Assembly: GCA_963716725.1 (NCBI GenBank)
Contig: CAVQUB010000011.1
Coordinates: 1-64,000 of the forward strand
Length of the DNA: 64,000 bases
Direction: 5' to 3'
Source of the DNA: an uncultured delta proteobacterium
GTDB taxonomy: Bacteria > Myxococcota_A > Polyangia > Polyangiales > Polyangiaceae
In this document: positions 22,152 through 31,307 of the stretch, piece by piece
Numbering within the stretch: position 1 is the stretch's first letter
How the letters are laid out: each line of letters starts with the position of its first letter
Position numbers and translations under genes: made by a program
Notes under the pieces: model-generated
The model's database searches: none
Told to the model about the DNA's origin: nothing
What the model saw: only the letters and a program-made list of their open reading frames with translations

Positions 22152-23522
22152 TCACAGCCCGACGTCGGGGAGGCCGCGCCGGCGAGTCGAGTCTTCGCCT
22201 GCACCAGGGGCTCCGGGGACACCCGCGCTCCCTCGGCATCGCGCAGGCGACACGGTGGGGGTGAGCTCGGCGAGCGCCGCCCTGAGGAGCGGCTCGAGCC
22301 CGGGCTCGACGCCTCGAGCGCGCGCTTGCTCGACCGCCCGGCGAGCCTTCGCCGTGCGAAAGCCGAGTCGTACCAGCGCGGCCTGGATCTTCTCTGAGTT
22401 CTCGTCCCACTTCTGGGACTTCCAAGGGTCGTCCCTCGGCGTGTCCGGACTTTGCTGCTTCTCGGTCGCTTCAGCGATCTTCTTCCGGATGTGATCTTCG
22501 CCGAAGACCTGTCGCGCGCGCAGGGCATTGTGCGATGAACATAGGAGAGCGAGGTTCTCCACGGTGGCCGGACCGCCGAGCGCGTGCGGCTCGATGTGCT
22601 CGAGGGTGACGAAGCGCTGCTCCGAGCAGCGCCGCCCCTCGCTGTCCAGGTAAGTGCACTGCCCGCCGTCCCGCTCCCAGACGACGCGAGCGACCTCCAC
22701 GGGGATGTGCCGCGAGCCTGGCTCGAGCGCGCGTCGCTTGCGCGGCTTGCCCGCGCCGAAGCGGCGCTTCGTCTCGGCCTCGAGCAACGCCTCGATGGCG
22801 CGCTCGAACAGCGCGGCGAGATCCCCGCTGGGGATGGCGTGGCCCAGGAGGTTCTGGGCCTTCACGAGCTTGTCGTGGAGCGCGGCGCTCGCGGTGAATT
22901 CGACCCGGTAGCTGGACGCGGAGAGCGGCTGCACGCGGGGCTTCGGAGCCGGCGCGGGCGCGGGCGCCGGGCGTCGCGGCGGAAGGACCATGCTCGAGCA
23001 TGGTCGCCGGGCAGCCGGGCAAGGGCGTCACGCTCGGCAGAACGTCCGACCGGGGAAATGAGCGGGCCAGCAAAGACTCGAGGTCACGCCGAGACTTGCC
23101 CCGAGCTTCGGCGAGCAGGGCATCGGCGTTCTCCGAGGTCAGCCGCCCCGACAAGAGGAACAGGCCGGTCAGGTGGATTCGCCCGCTCCGGAGCTCGTCG
23201 AGGGCCCGGGGCAGGCGCTGGCAGAGCCGGGCCACGCCGACCCGCACCTGGGCCTCGTTCTCGGAGTAGCCGAGCCGCTCGATGCAATACGAGGAGAGCG
23301 AGGAGCAACCGAGTATTTCGCTCAGCGCCAGCCGTCCGGTTGGCCATCCGCGACCGTGGCAACCGGCCCAGGATATTCCCCCGGCTCGGCCGGACGGTCT
23401 ATTTCTCCTCGCCCTCCGCAAGGTCGGGTCACGAGCTCGGCGGTGGCTTCGCGTTCGAGGGCCCGAAGGCTGGGCAAACGCGCGAGGAGAGCCTGGTTCT
23501 CGAGAGAGTCGAGCGCGAACAT
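22152..23522 (-). pseudogene. Myxobacterial multicopy-type HNH endonuclease with RuvA-C-like tail, disrupted
   Basis: CSSLSSYC..RLGYSE, RHIP..V...VWERDGGQC, EH..PHALGG..NL.LLC..HN, ALVRLGF; breaks near 23320-23430 and 22990. Confidence 0.75.
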
Positions 23523-24273
23523 GTCTCCGGCATACCACGAGGATTTTCGTCCTCGCAGCTGCCACCGAGAGCAACGAACGCGCAGCTCGACGCGTCGAAA
23601 GTCATCCGGGAGCCGCCCTCGGCAGCCAGGGCGACGAGCATCTCGACGGCCGCATTGAGGCGCTCGAGCCCTCTACGGATGGTCAAGGCGCCGGGGGGCC
23701 CGCCTGACGACTTGCCGGTGTATCCGCCCAGCTGTGCGATCCAAAGCACGGCGTCCTTGATGGTCGGGTCGTCGCGGATGCTCTCCTTGGCGTTCTTGTA
23801 GCGTCGCTTGAGCAGTACCAGAGCGCGCACCTCGATCGGCGCCAGCTCGACCGTGACAGGCAGGTCTGGATGTTTTCGAGCCAGACGCTTGAGCCGCTCG
23901 ATTCGGGCGGCGACCGCCGCAAGAATCGTCGCCCACTTCATGACAGCGTTCGCGCTGTGCAGCTGGGTGTCTTCGACGTTGCAGCCGTCACTCTTCCAGG
24001 TCTTGTGGCACTCCTCGACGCGCCACCGCGTCGCATATCCTGCGATGACTTCGTGTGCCTGCTCGAGCGTCGTCACCGGGTAGTTGGTCAGCAGCAGCCA
24101 GTCGATCGGTTCCTCATCGGCAGGTGTCGTCCCGTTCTCGCGAGTCCATACGGCCGTCACTTCAAGCGGCGTGATGCGCCTCGTACGTCTATCTCGCAGC
24201 CGCAGCGCCACGCGCCCAACTCGGACGACCATCCGCGCCGTCTGAAGTTCCCCCGCTTCCGTGGACAGCATGA

Positions 24274-25149
24274 TTATGCCGCAGCCTTCACTGTTCGTGA
24301 ACGCAATTCGAACTCGATCGGGTTGAGGTAGCCGAGGTGAGAGTGGCGCCGCTCGATGTTGTAGAAGTTCTCGATGTAGTCGCCGATGGAGGTCTCGGCC
24401 TGGACGGTATCGACGTACAGCTCATGGTCTACGAGCTCGGCGCGCAAGGTGGCGAAGAAGCTCTCGGCGACGACGTTGTCCCAGCAGTCGCCCTTGCGGC
24501 TCATGCTCGCCACCAGACCGTGCGCGGCCAGCTCCGCTCGGTATGCGTCGCTGGCGTAGGGGCTTCCGCGATCGGAGTGGTGCACGAGGCCTGCGGCAGG
24601 GCGACGCGACCGAAGGCCCTTTCGGAGCGCTTCGAGAGCCAAAGCTGTGTCGTTGTTCTGGCTCGCGGCCCACGCAACAACCCGACGGGAATAGAGGTCG
24701 AGCATCACGGCAAGAAACAGCCAGCCCTCGAGAGTCCAGATCGCAGTCACGTCGGTGGCCCAGACGCGATCGGGAGCGGCGACTTCGAACTTCCGAGCGA
24801 CCACGTTGGGCGCGATCGGGTTCGAGTGTTTCGAATCGGTGGTCTTCCTGAAGCGGCGCTTCCGCCGCGCTTCGAGGCCGTTTTCCTGCATGAGCCGCTC
24901 CACTCGCTTCTTGCCGACGCGGATCCCCTGGGCTCGCAGTTCCGCATGCACGCGCGGGCTACCGTAGGTCTTGCGGCTGCGCGTGTGGACCGCAGCGACC
25001 TGGGCCGCGAGCTGTGCGTCGGCGCGAACACGAGGCGCCTGGGGCCTCTTACGCCATGCATGGAACCCGCTGCGAGAGACCTCGAGAACGCGGCACAGCA
25101 TCGTGATTGGGTAGAAGGCCTTCTCGGCGAGGATGAACACGAACTTCAT
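24274..25149 (-). CDS. IS3 transposase OrfB (DDE)
   Basis: YGSPR, W.TDVT, HHSDRG, CWDN..ESFF. Confidence 0.95.
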   Translation of the reverse strand: MKFVFILAEKAFYPITMLCRVLEVSRSGFHAWRKRPQAPRVRADAQLAAQVAAVHTRSRKTYGSPRVHAELRAQGIRVGKKRVERLMQENGLEARRKRRFRKTTDSKHSNPIAPNVVARKFEVAAPDRVWATDVTAIWTLEGWLFLAVMLDLYSRRVVAWAASQNNDTALALEALRKGLRSRRPAAGLVHHSDRGSPYASDAYRAELAAHGLVASMSRKGDCWDNVVAESFFATLRAELVDHELYVDTVQAETSIGDYIENFYNIERRHSHLGYLNPIEFELRSRTVKAAA

Positions 25150-25457
25150 GTGCTCTCCTTCGCGAAGAAGGCCGCCGCTTTTTTCAGGATTTCGCGCTCC
25201 ATTTGCAGGCGCTTGTTGTCCCGCCGCAGTTGCGCGAGTTCCGCCCGCTCGTCACTCGTGAGCGCACCTGGCGGTCCGTTGCCGGTGTCGATGTCGGCCC
25301 GTTTCACCCACTCGCGCAAGGTCGTCTCGGTCAGGTCCAGGTCCCCGGCCACCTGCGTGACGGTCCGATCTCCGACCTTGCAGAGCCGCACTGCCCCGGC
25401 CTTGAACTCGGGGGTGAATGCTCGTCGCTTCCTACGCTGCTTCTTTCGCTTGTCCAT
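25146..25457 (-). CDS. IS3 transposase OrfA
   Basis: FTPEFK..AV HTH, EILKKAAAFF; AAAAAAG slippery site near 25178-25184. Confidence 0.95.
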   Translation of the reverse strand: MDKRKKQRRKRRAFTPEFKAGAVRLCKVGDRTVTQVAGDLDLTETTLREWVKRADIDTGNGPPGALTSDERAELAQLRRDNKRLQMEREILKKAAAFFAKEST

Positions 25458-26269
25458 GGATCACTCCAGGCGCATTGTCGCGCCAGTTGGGGTGTCCACG
25501 AAACCGGGGGAAGATCAGTCCGAGCGCGCCTCTTCTTTGTGCCCGACACCTCGAGGTCGTAACTGCCTTGTGGTGACTGGGGTGAGAGTTGCTCGCGTAG
25601 ATGTCCGACGCCACCTTCCTCGAGCGAAATGGTTCGGTCCGTGTTGTTGCGTACGGTCCACCAGTGCTCCGTGCTCGCCAGCTCGAGCAGCACGTCACGC
25701 CCGTCTCCTTCACGATCGATCTGAAACCAGCCTCGCACCCCGTGAGCGTCGAGCCTGCTTTTGGCCGCACGAATCGACTCGATCCAATGCCATGCCTCCT
25801 TGTCCTCAACGTCACGGGTTGCTCGGGCGTAAGTGCCCTTAGCGGGCCGCGCTCCGGGCTCGTTGGACCGTGTCCAGTAAGTTGCAATGCCAACCACCCC
25901 ACCACGACGCCGTCCGGATCGACGGCGAGTGCGTCGATGACTTTCAGTCCTCGAGCCCCCTGCACATTGGTGCCGACCGCGCCGAAGTCTTTGCTTTGCC
26001 CATGGTCAGGCAACGTCAGGCTCGAGCCGTCGACCGGCACGTACACGTAGCGCAGCCCGGCACAGCGAGAAGCGGTGGCTTCGGCCATCGAATCAACCAG
26101 CGCCTCGTGGGAAAAGTGTTCGTTCTCGAGCATGTCGTACGCACCTTCGCGCTCCTTGACCGTTGAGAACACCGCCGACACCATCACGCGCAGGCGCGGC
26201 TTCCGCGATGCTCCGCGCCGGGCCGCGGGCGCGCAGGGCCGGACCTCGAGGTAGAGCGCGCTCGTTTCA

Positions 26270-26313
26270 CCCCTTCGAGTGTCCCCGCCGCAGAAGTGGG
26301 ATCCCCGAAGGGG
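26270..26313. terminator. Hairpin downstream of the ureohydrolase gene
   Basis: CCCCTTCG...CGAAGGGG inverted repeat; no clear U tract. Confidence 0.4.
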
Positions 26314-26317
26314 CAAC

Positions 26318-27505
26318 TCAGGCCGAGATGCGGCCGCCACGGCTGTCGTGGGTGCTGGGCGCGGGGCGTGCGCTGCGCCGCGTGTCGGCGATGGCCGCGA
26401 GGATCTCCTGGAGCACCATCACGCCGGCGTGAGCGGTGAGATCTGCGTGGTCGAAAGGAGGACAGATCTCGACCACGTCGAAGCCCACGATCTCGCTGCC
26501 GACCAGCGCGCGCAGGATCTGCTGCAGCTCCCAGGTGCTCATGCCGCCGGGCCACGGCACCCCGACGCCCGGGGCGTGCGCTGGATCGAGCGCCGCGATG
26601 TCGACGCTCAGGTAGATCGGGCCCTGCCGAACGACCTTGCGCAGCGTGCTGACCGCCGAGTGCAGATCCCACTTCACCTCGTCGATGTCGACGATCTCGA
26701 AGCCGTTGCTGAGCGCAAACGCCAGGTCGCCGCCGCTCGAATAGGGACCGCGAAGCCCGATTTGAACGCTCCACTCGGGGCGGATCAGGCCCTCGGCGAC
26801 GGCGTGCCGCACCACGCTGCCGTGGTGAATGTCCTGTCCCCAGGCCGGGCCCGCCGTGTTGCTGTGCGTGTCGATGTGCACGAGGCCCACGCTCTTGAGC
26901 TTGGCCCGGTGGATGCCCCGGAGCGCACCGAGGGTGACGGTCTGATCGCCCCCGACGTAGCCGCCGATGACGCCCGATCGCGCGATGGCCTCGGCGCGGT
27001 CGGCCACCGCGGCGATGGCTGCGCCGATGTCGTGGGGCGAGAGCGGCACGTCTCCGCCGTCGGCGACCCGCAGCTCTTCGAAGACGTCGATGCCCAGGGC
27101 CGCCGAAAACCCGCGGGCGAGCGCCGATGCGTCGCGAACCGCTCGAGGTCCGAGCCGCGCGCCGGGTCGGTAGCTCGACCCCCCGTCGAAGGGCACGCCG
27201 CACAGGAGCACGTCGACGTCGGGCACTCGGTCCGCGTCCGCGACGGCTGGCAGGCGCAGGAAGGTGGGAACGCCAGCAAAGCGAGGCATGTCCACGCTCG
27301 GAGTCGGCTTCATGGCAACGCCCGGCTCGATGACTGCCCGCGTTGGACGCTCGGAAGAGCGAGGCCGCTTGGCGCCAGACGGGCTGCGCTGAGCTTTGCT
27401 CTTCCGAACGCGTCCCCTCGCCTCCGCGCGCTCCTTCGCGACGACCAAGCGCTCGGCCCGCGCCGTGTCGACCCGCGTCGCCCGAGCTTTGCGCTTCTTC
27501 GCCAT
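26318..27505 (-). CDS. Agmatinase/ureohydrolase-fold protein with substituted metal ligands and basic N-terminal extension
   Basis: GVPFD..SYRPGARLGP..R, D.GD, GFDVVE..P; motifs read GGDQ, DTHSN, DIAALD. Confidence 0.85.
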   Translation of the reverse strand: MAKKRKARATRVDTARAERLVVAKERAEARGRVRKSKAQRSPSGAKRPRSSERPTRAVIEPGVAMKPTPSVDMPRFAGVPTFLRLPAVADADRVPDVDVLLCGVPFDGGSSYRPGARLGPRAVRDASALARGFSAALGIDVFEELRVADGGDVPLSPHDIGAAIAAVADRAEAIARSGVIGGYVGGDQTVTLGALRGIHRAKLKSVGLVHIDTHSNTAGPAWGQDIHHGSVVRHAVAEGLIRPEWSVQIGLRGPYSSGGDLAFALSNGFEIVDIDEVKWDLHSAVSTLRKVVRQGPIYLSVDIAALDPAHAPGVGVPWPGGMSTWELQQILRALVGSEIVGFDVVEICPPFDHADLTAHAGVMVLQEILAAIADTRRSARPAPSTHDSRGGRISA

Positions 27506-27546
27506 CTGGAAGCGGAACTATACGGAAAAAACGCCGACCCGGGACC

Positions 27547-28440
27547 TCAATCGGCGCACGCGGCGTGGCGCACCGTGACGCCACGCGACGGCTGCTGCCG
27601 AAACACGCCCTCGGGAAGTGGTGGGTTGTGCATCACTTCCTTGTTCCGCAGCACCAACTCCTGATCCGTGTCCGGAGTGACCAAGCGAAGGCGCCGGGGG
27701 ACCTCGGCGTTGCAAGCCGGGCCGCTGGGCTGAATCGTCGGCTCCAGCCCTTCGGGATCCTTGCGCGGAGGGGCGGTCTGCACCGCGTGGTGATCGGCCA
27801 GGTACGCCTGATAGAGGTCCATGCCGTGCTGGGCGACGCGGACTTCGATCACGCGCACACGCTGCTGCTGCCACGGCGCCGACCAGTCCTCAGGGTGGGG
27901 CTCCAGGTGGATCTCCTGCGTCGCCGAGTGCTTGCTGGTGACGCGCAGCACGTACTCGCCGCCCTCCCAGGCGATGGAGGCCTGCGAGGCTTCGTGGACC
28001 AGCACGGGCGCCTCGCCACGCAGGAGCTGGACGAGGGCGAAGGGCGGGACCGGCACCTGGGTGAAGCGCGCGACGTTGCAGGTGTTGGCGGGGCCGCGCA
28101 AGAAGCTCTTCTCTTTCATGTCGAAGAGCGCGAAGTCGCGGCCGTCGGCGGTCAGCGTCGAGAGCGTCACCCCAAAGGGGCTGAAGACATCGAAGCGCAC
28201 CGAGTCCGGCGCCGAGGTCATGTACAGCACATTGCCGCGAACCCGACCCCGTTCGCCGAAGTAGTCGAGCTTCGCCTCGCCCTGGACGCCGCGGCTGCAG
28301 GCGTAGGTCGAGTGCATGCGCTCGACCGCGTCGCGCACAGTCGGGAACTGTGACGGCGGAGGCGATCGCGAGCAGCCCACCAGCGCGACGGCCAGGCTGC
28401 CGAACAGGAGCAACTCGCGCGCCCGCGCCGCCAAGCTCAC
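27547..28440 (-). CDS. Hypothetical lipoprotein (LolA/DUF4292-like fold possible)
   Basis: LVGC lipobox; RFDVFSPFG; GTGA overlap with the upstream gene. Confidence 0.65.
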   Translation of the reverse strand: MSLAARARELLLFGSLAVALVGCSRSPPPSQFPTVRDAVERMHSTYACSRGVQGEAKLDYFGERGRVRGNVLYMTSAPDSVRFDVFSPFGVTLSTLTADGRDFALFDMKEKSFLRGPANTCNVARFTQVPVPPFALVQLLRGEAPVLVHEASQASIAWEGGEYVLRVTSKHSATQEIHLEPHPEDWSAPWQQQRVRVIEVRVAQHGMDLYQAYLADHHAVQTAPPRKDPEGLEPTIQPSGPACNAEVPRRLRLVTPDTDQELVLRNKEVMHNPPLPEGVFRQQPSRGVTVRHAACAD

Positions 28441-30146
28441 GAGCCTCGCAGCGCTTCGAGCAGGTCCAAATCCGGGACCGGCAGGGTCACCCGGGTCTCG
28501 ACCACGGCGACGCCGTGCTCCTCGCACAGCCGAGCGAGCCCGATGCCATCGACCAGGGCCACCGGAGCCGCGCCGTTGGCCGCGGCTTCCTCGCGCGCGC
28601 CGCTGAGCACCTGCCCGGTCGTCACCAGCCAGCCCGCTGCGGCCTGACCGTAGTGGTGGAGCGCGCCGCGCAGCTCGGTCACGCGTTCTCGGCCTACCTC
28701 GCGCCCGTCGCGGCGGACCACGATGGCGGTGGGGATGCTGCCACCCGGACCGCGGGCGACCGCGGACAGGTGCAGCTCCGAGCCTGGCGAGCCTGGCCGG
28801 CGCACGGCCTGGATGTCCGTCATGCCAAGGCGCTCGAGCAGGAGGCAAATCAGCTCGCCAAGCGCCCGATGGGGCAGGTCTTGGAAGCGGCGCACGAGGG
28901 AGCGGCGCAGCGCGTCTCGATAGCGCTCGGCCTGCGCCAAGATCTCGCGCTCGAGGCGCAAAGCGTCAGCGTCGAGCGCCCAGTCCGTCAGGGCGAGGCG
29001 ACCACCGCTGATCCGAAACCGAGCGCGCTGCCCGGTCGCCGATCGGCGCAGGTTGTCGGCGCGAGCGGCCGCCAGGATTTGGGCCTGGACCTGCTGGTGC
29101 TCGCCGCTCAGCCGTCCGCGTCGCTGGGCGAGATCGGCGAGTTTCTGCGTACCGACCGGGCCACCGCCGCGGTCGAAGGTCGACAGCATCGCTGCCACCG
29201 CGTCGGCGAGCGGTCGGCCCGCGAGTTCGTCGATGGGCCCTCCACCCTCGTCTCGGCGGTCACGGTCGCCACCGCGGTCACGGTCGCCACCACGGTCACG
29301 GTCGCCGCCGCGGTCACGGTCACCGCCGCGGTCACGGTCACCGCCGCGGTCACGGTCGCCGCCGCGGTCACGCTCTCGACCACTTGCACCGCGGTCGCGA
29401 TCGCGTCCGCCACGATCGCGATTGCGATCTCGCTCGTCGGGCTCGGCCGGCCGGTCCGCGTCGACCTGAACGTCCGCCGGGGCGTCGGAGACCGTGTACC
29501 CCGGCAGGTCGTCGCCACCGCTGCGACCCTCGTCGCGCTCACTTCCACGACCGCGTCGCCGTCGACCACGGCGGCGGCTGCTGGTGGCGGCAACGCTGCC
29601 GCCTTCGCCTTCCTCGCCCCCTTCTTCTTCGGGGCGACCCAGGATCGGCAGGTCGTCGTCGTCTTCAGCCTCGAACAAGTCGTTGGCCGCAGCCGCGCGT
29701 TGTCGACGCGCCACTTCCTCAGCGTCGGTCTTGGGCTCAGCACCCTCTTCGGACCCGTCGTCGTCGTCGTCGTCCTGCGTCGGCGACGAGCGCACGAGCA
29801 CCTCGTCGTCGTCGTCATCCGCGGGGCTCGGCGCAGGGCTCTGGCTCAGGTCGACCTTGGAGTTCTTGGCGATTTCGAGCGCCGGCGTGCGATCCGCGAG
29901 CCCCTTGTCGATGGTCGCTTGATCCCAGTCACGGAGCGCGAAGACGCCCGGCTTGATGCGGACCAGGGGGTTCTCTTTGTCCCCCTTCTTCACCAGCGCC
30001 GCCAGACGTGCCCCCATGGTGACCTCGGGGCTCTTGCCCACGTGGCTCAGCAGGTTCTTCTCGATGGCGACGTCGGTGATTTCCTTATAGTGCAGTGGCT
30101 TGCCCACGAGGCGCAGTACCTGCGCCGCAGCTTCCGTAAAAGTCAT
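28437..30146 (-). CDS. HARE-HTH (HB1/RpoE-N-like) protein with disordered acidic linker and C-terminal Mrr-like domain
   Basis: MTFTEAA..VL....PLHYKEIT..AI...GKSPE.TM.ARL...PGVFAL; C-terminal LLERLG...V.ELRGAL...LVTTG...LVDG. Confidence 0.8.
   Translation of the reverse strand: MTFTEAAAQVLRLVGKPLHYKEITDVAIEKNLLSHVGKSPEVTMGARLAALVKKGDKENPLVRIKPGVFALRDWDQATIDKGLADRTPALEIAKNSKVDLSQSPAPSPADDDDDEVLVRSSPTQDDDDDDGSEEGAEPKTDAEEVARRQRAAAANDLFEAEDDDDLPILGRPEEEGGEEGEGGSVAATSSRRRGRRRRGRGSERDEGRSGGDDLPGYTVSDAPADVQVDADRPAEPDERDRNRDRGGRDRDRGASGRERDRGGDRDRGGDRDRGGDRDRGGDRDRGGDRDRGGDRDRRDEGGGPIDELAGRPLADAVAAMLSTFDRGGGPVGTQKLADLAQRRGRLSGEHQQVQAQILAAARADNLRRSATGQRARFRISGGRLALTDWALDADALRLEREILAQAERYRDALRRSLVRRFQDLPHRALGELICLLLERLGMTDIQAVRRPGSPGSELHLSAVARGPGGSIPTAIVVRRDGREVGRERVTELRGALHHYGQAAAGWLVTTGQVLSGAREEAAANGAAPVALVDGIGLARLCEEHGVAVVETRVTLPVPDLDLLEALRGS
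29257..29372. repeat. 18-bp tandem repeat encoding about six DRDRGG units
   Basis: Visible in DNA and in the translation. Confidence 0.9.
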
Positions 30147-30283
30147 TCTGAGTCTCTTGTTGGTTGGAGAACATCGGGTTCTCTCCGGTGGCACCCCTGG
30201 GAAGCGCTCATCGCTCCCACCTCCGGCAATGCACACACGCGGCCCGGGCCATAGCACGGCCCCCCAGCGCCGGGAAACGACAA

Positions 30284-30838
30284 TTACCCGAACAGCTGCT
30301 CAGCACCCGTTCGATAAGCAGCGAGGGTCGGCTCGTCGAACAACACGAATCGAACCCGCTTGGGGAGCGGGCCTGCCCCGAGGGCGCGCCGCACGGCCTC
30401 GAGGGCGACGGGCGCCGCAAGCTCGCTGGGGTAACCGTAGACGCCGGTGCTGATGGAAGGAAAGGCGATGGACTCGAGCTCGCGCCGGCGGCACAGCTCG
30501 ATGGCCTTGGCGTAGCAACGACCGAGGAGCTTCGCAGCCTCTTCGCCCTCGCGATCGTAGATGGGTCCGACGCAATGAATCACCCACTTCGACCGGAGCG
30601 CGAAGCCGGGCGTGATCACCGCACCGCCGGTTTCGAGGACGCCGCCGGGCAGATCGCGCTTGAGGTCGAGAAGTGCTCGCGCGAGTCCGGGCCCCGCCGC
30701 GCGGTGGATGGCGCCGTCGACGCCGCCGCCGCCCATGAGCATCGAGTTGGCGGCGTTGGCGATGGCCGTCGTGTCGGACTCGGTGATGTCTCCGAGGCCG
30801 AGTTCGAGGCTCGCCTCCCCCAGCGCATAGCGGTGCAT
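30284..30838 (-). CDS. Macro-domain protein (YmdB-like ADP-ribosylhydrolase)
   Basis: GDIT, NAAN..L.GGGGVDGAIH, VIH.VGP, FPSISTGVYG. Confidence 0.93.
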   Translation of the reverse strand: MHRYALGEASLELGLGDITESDTTAIANAANSMLMGGGGVDGAIHRAAGPGLARALLDLKRDLPGGVLETGGAVITPGFALRSKWVIHCVGPIYDREGEEAAKLLGRCYAKAIELCRRRELESIAFPSISTGVYGYPSELAAPVALEAVRRALGAGPLPKRVRFVLFDEPTLAAYRTGAEQLFG

Positions 30839-30915
30839 GGTGGAAACTAAAGAGGATTTCCCCCGCCGACAAGCCCCGGCGGGCCCGAGGCCGTTATTTG
30901 CCGTAAGCTGAGCAG

Positions 30916-31284
30916 GTGGACCCCGAGCGCCTCTTGGCCGAGCTCGTCGACGTGGCCCGCATCCTGGGGGTCACCGTTCGCATCGAGCCCCTTCGCCTGG
31001 CGATGCACCACGCCTCGGGAGGCACCATCCGCTTGAACGGTCAGTCGATGGTCTTGCTCGACGCGAAGAGCCCGCTCTTCGACCGCGTGCTGACCCTGGC
31101 CGATGCGATTGTGCCGCTGGCGGTCGACGGGTTGCCCGACACGACCAGCCCCGAAGCCCGCGAGTTGATCGAAGCTGCGCGTGCGAAGCGCGAGGGCCGG
31201 GCCGGCGCGGGTGAGAGCCGTGCTCGTGCCGTACGTGTGCTCGCTCGCCCCAAGCCCGGGCTGCGCCGCGCACGCGCGCGCTGA
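30916..31284 (+). CDS. Hypothetical protein
   Basis: ORF with natural composition, co-oriented upstream of murB. Confidence 0.6.
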   Translation: MDPERLLAELVDVARILGVTVRIEPLRLAMHHASGGTIRLNGQSMVLLDAKSPLFDRVLTLADAIVPLAVDGLPDTTSPEARELIEAARAKREGRAGAGESRARAVRVLARPKPGLRRARAR

Positions 31285-31307
31285 GCGTGTGGTAAGAACC
31301 CGCGACA

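Larger units (their letters stand above)
24243..25517 (-). mobile_element. Intact IS3-family element, 1275 bp
   Basis: Imperfect TIRs TGATCTTCCCCCGGTTTCGTGGACA / TGAAGTTCCCCCGCTTCCGTGGACA; 3-bp TSD GTC at 24240-24242 and 25518-25520. Confidence 0.95.
23600..26190 (-). mobile_element. IS4-family (IS50/Tn5-like) transposase pseudogene interrupted by IS3
   Basis: EREGAYD, VPVDGS, IDREGD, W.LLTN.PV, Y..RWRVEE.HKTWKS, LGGYTG..GPPG; frame continues across the IS3 (RRART/TARMVV). Confidence 0.85.

Noticed and set aside
26291..26301. CAGAAGTGGGA shared with the 22407-22433 insert
   Set aside because: An 11-bp match is too short to link the two without a genome-wide search
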